Positions 57,068 through 64,000 of a stretch of DNA of 64,000 nt are shown piece after piece; the first letter of the stretch is position 1, and every line of letters begins with the position of its first letter. The position numbers and the translations under genes are program-made. Origin of the DNA: an uncultured Gammaproteobacteria bacterium (GTDB lineage Bacteria; Patescibacteriota; Patescibacteriia; 2-01-FULL-39-33); the NCBI GenBank assembly GCA_964573235.1, contig CAZNIV010000002.1, positions 6,102-70,101 on the forward strand, read 5' to 3'. The notes beneath the pieces were generated by a model, which made no database searches, was not told the origin of the DNA, and was given only the letters and a program-made list of their open reading frames with translations.

Positions 57068-57637
57068 ATGATGCTCGGTACTCTTAATGATATTAAAAAA
57101 GGCGTTAAGCTTTTACACGAAAACGAGCCATACGTAGTGATGGAATCTAATTTTGTGAAAATGTCGATGCGCAAGCCGGTGATGCAAACCAAAATGAAAA
57201 ATTTGCTCAACGGTAAGGTGGTAGAAATCAATTATCACCAAGGTGATAAAATGGAAGAAGCCGATATGATGAAAAAGAAAGTTGATTACCTTTATAATGA
57301 TGGTGACAATTATTTTTTCATGAGCCAAGATGATTTTGAGCAATTTTCTTTGCCAAAAGAAAACTTAGGCGCCGTTACCGGCTACATCAAAGATGGTGAT
57401 AAAGTTGATGCTTTATATTTCAACAATGTCGCTGTTTCTATTTCCGCCGCTCCAAAAGTAGAATTGAAAGTGATTTCCGCCCCAGAAGCTGTCAAAGGCA
57501 ACTCGGCTAGCGGTCGTACTACTAAAATGGTTACCATGGAAACTGGATTAGAATTGGCGGTGCCAATTTTCATCAAAGAAGGTGAAATTCTTCGCGTCAA
57601 CACCGAAACCGGTGAATATGTAGAAAGAGCGCAGTAA
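57068..57637 (+). CDS. efp: Elongation factor P
   Basis: YLYNDG, VKGNSAS, ETG...VPIFIKEGE..RVNTETGEYVER. Confidence 0.93.
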   Translation: MMLGTLNDIKKGVKLLHENEPYVVMESNFVKMSMRKPVMQTKMKNLLNGKVVEINYHQGDKMEEADMMKKKVDYLYNDGDNYFFMSQDDFEQFSLPKENLGAVTGYIKDGDKVDALYFNNVAVSISAAPKVELKVISAPEAVKGNSASGRTTKMVTMETGLELAVPIFIKEGEILRVNTETGEYVERAQ

Positions 57638-57660
57638 AAAACTTTTTACTAGCTAATAAC

Positions 57661-57685
57661 AAAAACCGCCCTAGTGGCGGTTTTT
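57661..57685. terminator. Bidirectional terminator
   Basis: AAAAACCGCC-CTAGT-GGCGGTTTTT. Confidence 0.85.
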
Positions 57686-57703
57686 GTATTGACTAAATTT
57701 ATT

Positions 57704-58801
57704 TTACTCACTTAAATCAGCTGCTTCTCCGGCTTCGAGCGGTTGCTCGGCGGGATTAGAACTATTTAATTCCGCCATAGTAGCGGCTTTCTGTTTTTTA
57801 AATTCTTCCCAAACCTTTTCTTTAATTGAATCAATTAAATGACGATTAGCCCGCAAATGATTTTTAGCATTTTCTCGGCCAACGCCCAATTTTTCTTCAC
57901 CAAAAACATAACTATTACCTTGCTTTTTAACAATACCAGCAATTACGCCTGTATCCAAAGCATCACCAGCAATAGAAATACCTTCATTGTACATGATATC
58001 AAATTCGCAAGTGGTAAATGGCGGAGCCACTTTATTTTTAACCACTTTAACCTTAACGCGATTACCAATAATCTTTTCACCTTGCTTAATTTGAGCGCTA
58101 CGTCTAACCTCAATACGCACTGAAGAATAAAATTTTAACGCAGTACCACCGGTAGTAGTTTCTGGATTACCAAAAACAATACCAATTTTCATACGAGTCT
58201 GGTTAATAAAAACCAAAACTACATGACTCTTAGAAATAGCTGAAGTTAACTTTCTAAGTGCTTGACTCATCAACCTAGCTTGCAAGCCCATGTGCTGATC
58301 ACCCATATCGCCCTCAATTTCTGCTTTTGGCACCAAGGCAGCCACGGAATCGACAACAACCACATCCACTGCATTAGAACGCACTAAAGTTTCTACGATT
58401 TCTAAAGCTTGCTCACCGGTGTCTGGCTGGGAAATAAACAAATCCCTAATATTAACACCGATTTTTTGAGCATACTCTGGATCTAAGGCATGTTCTGCAT
58501 CCACAAACGCCGCTACACCACCCATTTTTTGCACTTCGGCCACAATATGCTGAGCCAAAGTAGTTTTACCAGAAGCTTCAGGTCCAAAAATCTCTACGAT
58601 TCTACCTCGTGGAACACCACCAGCTCCTAACGCAAGATCGAGGGACAAACAACCAGTCGGCACAACCTCTACCTGCATTGTTTTTGCTTCCCCTAAGCGC
58701 ATAATAGCTCCATCACCAAAACGCTCTTTAATTTGGTCAATAGCGGCATTTACGGCTTTCATCCTTTCGGCCAAAGCCTCATTTTCTCCTTTTTTCCCCA
58801 T
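57704..58801 (-). CDS. recA: Recombinase A
   Basis: Motifs [35 protein letters not shown]. Confidence 0.98.
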   Translation of the reverse strand: MGKKGENEALAERMKAVNAAIDQIKERFGDGAIMRLGEAKTMQVEVVPTGCLSLDLALGAGGVPRGRIVEIFGPEASGKTTLAQHIVAEVQKMGGVAAFVDAEHALDPEYAQKIGVNIRDLFISQPDTGEQALEIVETLVRSNAVDVVVVDSVAALVPKAEIEGDMGDQHMGLQARLMSQALRKLTSAISKSHVVLVFINQTRMKIGIVFGNPETTTGGTALKFYSSVRIEVRRSAQIKQGEKIIGNRVKVKVVKNKVAPPFTTCEFDIMYNEGISIAGDALDTGVIAGIVKKQGNSYVFGEEKLGVGRENAKNHLRANRHLIDSIKEKVWEEFKKQKAATMAELNSSNPAEQPLEAGEAADLSE

Positions 58802-58816
58802 ACTTTATTAAAATTA

Positions 58817-59464
58817 TTAATCGGTGTATAAAACTCGAAGATTAACTTCATTTTCTCTACCGTGTCTCTTCTTCGCAGTTATTTTAATTAAATTCAAACC
58901 TTTTTGCAAGTCAAACTTAGTACCAAAGTTTCCATCATTATCTACAAAAATTAAGCGATTATTAATAAAAATTTCTGCCTCCTTTTCTGACTGACCAACT
59001 AAATCCATTTCTTTAACGCTAGTTTTAAAGCCGTCGGGCGGAAAACTGATTTTTAATTCTGGGGGCGTAAAAATATTTACCACCTTAACCACTAAAAAAA
59101 CAGCCACCGCTACTGCCAATAAACTAATTAAAAAATAACGAATCAATTTGGGCCAAGGTAAAAAATATTTATGATCCACTTTTGCAAAAGAATGTTTTTC
59201 GTTACAACCAATGTGTTTAGCTTCTTCCCAAAACTCATTACACGACAAACCCAAATACTGACAATAAATAGTTAAGTAATTACGCAAATATGCCTGACCA
59301 GGCAAATCACTAAAACGATCATTTTCTAAGGCTTCTAAATATTTGAAAGCCACGCTCAATTCGCGAGAAGCCTGTTCTAAGCCAACACCTAAGTCAGAAC
59401 GAGCCGCCTGTAGGCGTTCACCAATACTAAGCGGCCTGATATTTTTAGAATTATTTACTGACAT
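58817..59464 (-). CDS. RodZ-like HTH membrane protein
   Basis: IGERLQAAR...YLEALE...LPGQAYLRNYL, a TM helix, and an Ig-like C-terminus. Confidence 0.75.
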   Translation of the reverse strand: MSVNNSKNIRPLSIGERLQAARSDLGVGLEQASRELSVAFKYLEALENDRFSDLPGQAYLRNYLTIYCQYLGLSCNEFWEEAKHIGCNEKHSFAKVDHKYFLPWPKLIRYFLISLLAVAVAVFLVVKVVNIFTPPELKISFPPDGFKTSVKEMDLVGQSEKEAEIFINNRLIFVDNDGNFGTKFDLQKGLNLIKITAKKRHGRENEVNLRVLYTD

Positions 59465-59467
59465 GAA

Positions 59468-62236
59468 TTAAGTCCATTCATCATCATCAAATTTAGATTT
59501 TTTACTTTCTTTTTTAACCGTATTGTCATCATGATCATCTGTTACTGCTTTAATTTCTCTTGATGGTAATTTAATACCCTTTTTAATAATCGCCTCTTCT
59601 AAGATTTTATCGGCTTCAGTCTCTTCCATGTCACCTTCTTCTTTTTCATCTTCTGCTTCTTCTGTTTTTAATTCCTCTTCTGCCTCTGATGCATCTGCTA
59701 TTTTTTCAACCTCTTCTTCTACGATTTCTTCGGCTTCTTCTTGAACCTCCTCTTCTTCTTGCGCTAACTCATCCGTAATAACGCCGGCTTCTTCATTTTG
59801 TTCTTTATCAAATACCCTCATATCTAAGCGACCACTACCAATGTTTTCATCATTATCCTCTTCAGCTATTTCTTCAAAATTATTGCCCGAATTAATAATA
59901 GTGGCTTCTATTGGCTCAGCCCTTTTAAATATGGTTGGCGTAGGAATTTCTTTTAACTCACCGGTTAAATTATGTTCTTTGGCGGCAAATTCTAACGCAT
60001 CCACACCACCTAGCGCATCTAAAAATACTTCGCGTGGCTTAGCCCCATCAGATGCCCCAATTATTCCTTTTTCTTCTAATAAATCCAAAATACGAGCCGC
60101 TCTTGAATAGCCAATCTTTAATCTTCTCTGCAATAACGAAGCTGAGGCCTTGCCGGCTTCTCTAATTACTTGCTTTGCCTCACTCAATAAATCATCACCG
60201 TCATCAGCACTAGAAAAATCAGCAATCCCCAAACCACCAGATGCCTGTTTATCAACCATTAAAGAATCAACAAAATCACTGCCGACTTGCTTTTTAATAC
60301 AATCAACAACATTTTTAATTTCTTCATCCGCCAAAAACACACCTTGAATGCGTTTAGGCTTAGCCGTTTCTGGACCGATATATAACATATCACCACGACC
60401 CACTAATTTCTCAGCACCAGAAGCATCTAAGATAGTACGGGAATCCATTAAGGATACAACGGAAAAAGCAATACGAGCCGGAATATTTGCTTTAATCAAG
60501 CCGGTAATTACTTCTACCGATGGGCGCTGGGTAGCTAAAATCAAATGAATACCCACTGCGCGCGCCATCTGCGCGATACGCACAATCAGCGCTTCCAAAT
60601 CTGCTCCAGCCGAACCCATTAAATCGGCTAACTCATCAATCACATAAACGATGTATGGCAATTTATCATTTGGCTCGGCCTGATTAAATGTTTCTATGTT
60701 ACGATAACCCTTTTTGGATAATAATTCAAAACGACGCTCCATTTCAGAAATACCCCACTTTAAAGAATTGATGGTTTTTTTAACATCCGTAATAACCGGG
60801 GTAAGCAAATAAGGCAAACCATTATAAATTGGCAACTCCACACGTTTAGGATCAACCAAAATAAATTTTAATTCATCTGGAGAATTTTCATACATCAAAG
60901 AAACAATGATCGAATTAATACAAACCGATTTACCAGAACCAGTTGCACCGGCAATCAAACAATGAGGCATGCGATCTAGGCGAGCAAAAATACAATTACC
61001 ACTGACATCCTTACCCAATGCCATTTGTAAATTATTGGAACGATTTTTATATTCTTTACTCATCAATAAATCACGCATTGTTACTTTGGCTTGAATCTGG
61101 TTAGGAATTTCGATACCCACTAATGCCTTACCCGGAATAGGCGCCTCAATGCGCAATGGATAAGCTGCTAACGCCAAAGATAAATCATTATTTAAAGTAA
61201 CAATTTTTGATAACTTAACACCATCAGCCGGACGGAAAGTATATTGCGTAACCGTTGGGCCAACATGAACATCACTCATCTCTAAGGGGATGCCAAAATT
61301 ACTTAAAGTCTTTTTGATAATTTCCTGATTGCGTGCAATGTCTCCAGAAGTTGGCTTGCCTGATTTACTAGTCAAAACATCAAACGGAATATTAATTTTT
61401 TTACCAAATTTTTTTGGCTTAGCAATTTCTTCTACTTTTTCAGTCACTACTACTTGCTCTTTTACTTCTGGCTTAGCGTTGGCCAATGGCATTGCCTTGA
61501 ATTGCGACATTTCTTCTTCCTCTTCTTCGGCCGCCTCTTCTAATTCTGCTTCAACCTCTTCTGCATTTTCTTCTTCATAATCCTCATCATCTACTTCTTT
61601 TAATTTTTCTTTAGCATGACTAAAAAAATGATTAGCCTTATCGACTAAATACTTAAATAAACGAACTGGCCACATTAAGCCGTATATAGAAGTTTCAAAA
61701 GTTAACAAAACACCAACCAAAAAGATAGCGATTGCCACTACTAACGCACCCCAAAAACCCATGTACTTTAATAACAATAAGGAATTAAGCCAAGCACCTA
61801 TGTAGCCACCGCCTTGACTAGCCCAAGCCGCCGCATCAGCACCATCAATACCATATTGTAGATGAGATAATGAACCCAAGCCTAGAATCAACATCAGGCC
61901 ACCAATATAATTTACAATTTTAACTTCATATTTTCCTAACCACAAAAAATAAACCAAGGTGGCGATTAAAATCGGAAACAACCATTTCATCCAGCCAAAG
62001 GTAATACCCAAAAACCAAGCAATAGCTCGGCCAAATTCACCCGACAAATCAAATAGACCCAAAAAACTCAACAAACCAATAACCACTAAAAAAATAATAA
62101 AAATTCCTTTCTTAGTTTCTGCGCTTAGGTTATGAATTTTTTCGGAAATCTTTTCTACTGGCCCCTCTTTGCCCCCGTGATTATTTCCATTATTAAAAAA
62201 ACTTAAAATACCTCCCTTTTTCTTCCCCTTTGACAT
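59468..62236 (-). CDS. ftsK: DNA translocase FtsK/SpoIIIE
   Basis: N-terminal TM helices; PHCLIAGATGSGKS; DELADLM; ATQRPS; gamma domain ASLLQRRLKIGYSRAARI. Confidence 0.95.
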   Translation of the reverse strand: MSKGKKKGGILSFFNNGNNHGGKEGPVEKISEKIHNLSAETKKGIFIIFLVVIGLLSFLGLFDLSGEFGRAIAWFLGITFGWMKWLFPILIATLVYFLWLGKYEVKIVNYIGGLMLILGLGSLSHLQYGIDGADAAAWASQGGGYIGAWLNSLLLLKYMGFWGALVVAIAIFLVGVLLTFETSIYGLMWPVRLFKYLVDKANHFFSHAKEKLKEVDDEDYEEENAEEVEAELEEAAEEEEEEMSQFKAMPLANAKPEVKEQVVVTEKVEEIAKPKKFGKKINIPFDVLTSKSGKPTSGDIARNQEIIKKTLSNFGIPLEMSDVHVGPTVTQYTFRPADGVKLSKIVTLNNDLSLALAAYPLRIEAPIPGKALVGIEIPNQIQAKVTMRDLLMSKEYKNRSNNLQMALGKDVSGNCIFARLDRMPHCLIAGATGSGKSVCINSIIVSLMYENSPDELKFILVDPKRVELPIYNGLPYLLTPVITDVKKTINSLKWGISEMERRFELLSKKGYRNIETFNQAEPNDKLPYIVYVIDELADLMGSAGADLEALIVRIAQMARAVGIHLILATQRPSVEVITGLIKANIPARIAFSVVSLMDSRTILDASGAEKLVGRGDMLYIGPETAKPKRIQGVFLADEEIKNVVDCIKKQVGSDFVDSLMVDKQASGGLGIADFSSADDGDDLLSEAKQVIREAGKASASLLQRRLKIGYSRAARILDLLEEKGIIGASDGAKPREVFLDALGGVDALEFAAKEHNLTGELKEIPTPTIFKRAEPIEATIINSGNNFEEIAEEDNDENIGSGRLDMRVFDKEQNEEAGVITDELAQEEEEVQEEAEEIVEEEVEKIADASEAEEELKTEEAEDEKEEGDMEETEADKILEEAIIKKGIKLPSREIKAVTDDHDDNTVKKESKKSKFDDDEWT

Positions 62237-62306
62237 ATAAAATTAATTGAGAAAATAGTACATTAATAACTTAATTTTAACACCTTTAGGTAAGAAAATC
62301 AAAATT

Positions 62307-62332
62307 AAAAAAGCGAGGGTGATTCCTCGCTT
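62307..62332 (-). terminator. Intrinsic terminator
   Basis: AAGCGAGG-AATCAC-CCTCGCTT-TTTT. Confidence 0.8.
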
Positions 62333-62349
62333 GATAAAACTGCCAAACC

Positions 62350-62559
62350 CTATCGGTTCAAATGGGTTTTGATCGGCGCTGACTCGTGCTTCTTCTGAAT
62401 GTTCTTGTCTAAGCCGTAATATTCAGAAGCCAAAATCATACAAATAGTTACTATCACCACTGCCGGCAAAGCCAAGAACTGAAACCAAAGCTCAAACCTG
62501 GTCATTTTGCTGGTGTTTTTCATCCAACCAACCCTTGCTCTCCTGAAAAAAGTACACAT
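62350..62559 (-). CDS. Orphan cassette single-TM small protein (about 69 aa)
   Basis: GGAGG SD 8 nt before ATG 62559; TM segment FLALPAVVIVTICMILA. Confidence 0.65.
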   Translation of the reverse strand: MCTFFRRARVGWMKNTSKMTRFELWFQFLALPAVVIVTICMILASEYYGLDKNIQKKHESAPIKTHLNR

Positions 62560-62653
62560 AAAAGAATCCTCCCCCACTTACCGTTTTGTTTAGCACTATA
62601 AAGAACACAACTTAATGACTAAAAAATATATCATATTTTAGCGATATTGTCAA
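62560..62653 (-). promoter_or_regulatory. Cassette leader 10
   Basis: TTGACA(62653)-17-TATATT; TGTTCTTTATA(62607); GGGGGAGG. Confidence 0.8.
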
Positions 62654-62755
62654 TAATCATAACAATTTAATAAAGTATATCATAATTATCTTTACCAAAA
62701 AAGCTTTTTAGGAGTAAAATGATTATATCAACTAATCAACCCCCCAATATAACAT

Positions 62756-63220
62756 ATGAAAAAACCGATTGGCCAGCTCATTATTACCAGTGAAGCGTTC
62801 AAAAACGGAGCAGTCATTCCTATGACCTATGGTTGCCAAGGAAAAAATATTCACCCACCACTTAATATAGATGGGGTACCTACTGGCACTAAAAGCTTAG
62901 TTATCATAGTTGACGACCCCGATTCTCCTAGTGGCAACTGGGTGCATTGGCTAGTTTGGGACATTGCCCCCAACACCACTCGACTTGAAGCGGGTATCGT
63001 TCCACCCAACGTCACTCAAGGTCCAAACGATTATTCTCACCGTCAATATGACGGCCCCTGCCCAATATCCGGTATTCATCATTATCTATTCAAAGTTTAC
63101 GCCATAAACACCACTCTACATGTTAAATCAAAATACCCAACCAAACCTGATTTAGAGCGCGCCATGGACGGACACATTTTAGCTCAGGGTCAACTAATGG
63201 GAACTTGCTCTCACAAATAA
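62756..63220 (+). CDS. YbhB/YbcL family (PEBP/Raf kinase inhibitor-like) protein
   Basis: Motifs DDPDSP, WVHWLVW, YDGPCP, HHYLFKVYA. Confidence 0.92.
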   Translation: MKKPIGQLIITSEAFKNGAVIPMTYGCQGKNIHPPLNIDGVPTGTKSLVIIVDDPDSPSGNWVHWLVWDIAPNTTRLEAGIVPPNVTQGPNDYSHRQYDGPCPISGIHHYLFKVYAINTTLHVKSKYPTKPDLERAMDGHILAQGQLMGTCSHK

Positions 63221-63233
63221 TTTATCACAACAT

Positions 63234-63258
63234 AAAAACCGCCCAGTGGGCGGTTTTT
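63234..63258. terminator. Bidirectional terminator
   Basis: AAAAACCGCCC-AGT-GGGCGGTTTTT. Confidence 0.85.
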
Positions 63259-63269
63259 ATTATGAAATT

Positions 63270-64000
63270 TTAAGCAACTATTTCTTTAGCCTTAGCTTCA
63301 ATTATTTCATCTTTCTTTTTGCGCTTACCTTGGGTGATGTCTCTTACCGGAATCAAACGACCAACAATAATATTTTCTTTCAAGCCGACTAAATTATCCA
63401 CCTTACCGGTGCAAGCAGCGTTAATTAAGACTCTAGAAGTTTCTTGGAAAGAAGCAGCCGCTAACCAACTTTGAGTAGATAAAGACACCTTTGTAATACC
63501 TAATAACATTTGTTCATATTCACAAAGCTTCTTCTCCTCTTTCTTTAAGTCACGGTTAGCTAACATCACATCGCTATATTCAGATACTTCACCAGCAGCA
63601 AATTCACTATCTCCAGATTCTTTAATATAAACCTTGGAGAACATCTGACGAGCAATAATTTCTACATGCTTATCAGAAATCTTTTGACCCTGAGAAGAAT
63701 AAATTCTCTGAATATCTCTCATGATATAGCGCTGAGTAATTTCACGACCCTTATACATATACAATTGATGTAAGTCGATAGAGCCCTCAGTGATCTGATC
63801 ACCCATTTCTACATGGGAACCATCTTTAACTAAAACTGTTCTAGAAAGCGGAACAATATATTCTTTAGTTGCCATTTCTTGACCAATCAATAATACTTGT
63901 TTCTTTTCAATTTTGATTTTGCCAACAACTGGAGAAATAATTTGTTCGCCATTGTCTACAAATAATATCTGACCAACCGTAATAGCATCGCCATCTTTAA
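63270..64000 (-). CDS. rpoC: RNA polymerase beta' subunit, 3' end (truncated by the window)
   Basis: DKHVEIIARQM, LLGITKVSL, AASFQETSRVL, GLKENIIVGRLIP. The frame is open to the window edge. Confidence 0.96.
   Translation of the reverse strand, partial: KDGDAITVGQILFVDNGEQIISPVVGKIKIEKKQVLLIGQEMATKEYIVPLSRTVLVKDGSHVEMGDQITEGSIDLHQLYMYKGREITQRYIMRDIQRIYSSQGQKISDKHVEIIARQMFSKVYIKESGDSEFAAGEVSEYSDVMLANRDLKKEEKKLCEYEQMLLGITKVSLSTQSWLAAASFQETSRVLINAACTGKVDNLVGLKENIIVGRLIPVRDITQGKRKKKDEIIEAKAKEIVA

Overview
This is a 64 kb chromosomal segment of an AT-rich, reduced-genome bacterium. Gene content and protein style suggest Patescibacteria/CPR (inference). The left 15.6 kb is a minus-strand surface/secretion-like locus: a 3066-aa Cys-rich secreted protein, a 1005-aa VirB6/TrbL-like membrane protein and three hypothetical genes. 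The rest is a housekeeping backbone: rsmA, femABX, leuS, uvrA, truD, split porGDAB, secG, tRNA-Leu, rnj, mgtA, elp3, rsmE, glyA, folD, ychF, rpsF-ssb-rpsR-efp, ftsK-rodZ-recA and the 3' end of rpoC. The backbone genes inspected have A/T-rich leaders without a Shine-Dalgarno (SD) sequence. The main finding is a dispersed set of 10 stand-alone expression cassettes carrying 11 orphan, GC-richer genes between the housekeeping genes. They share one architecture: TTGACA-17 bp-(-10) promoter, a boxA-like YGTWCNTY element 7-34 nt downstream, usually a CAAC(C)-rich tract, a strong SD (GGAGG/AGGAG in most), the ORF, and a terminator hairpin. The window therefore holds two gene-expression grammars. One hypothesis is that the cassette genes are tuned for another cell's (host) machinery or for a special ribosome/antitermination state. 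Other points: a head-to-head Elp3 + Trm9-like pair (eukaryote/archaea-type U34 modification), an alpha/beta-hydrolase inserted in LeuRS, an exact 201-bp in-frame duplication in leuS (possibly an assembly artefact), and a structured RNA upstream of rpsF. All assignments come from reading the sequence by eye; no searches were run.
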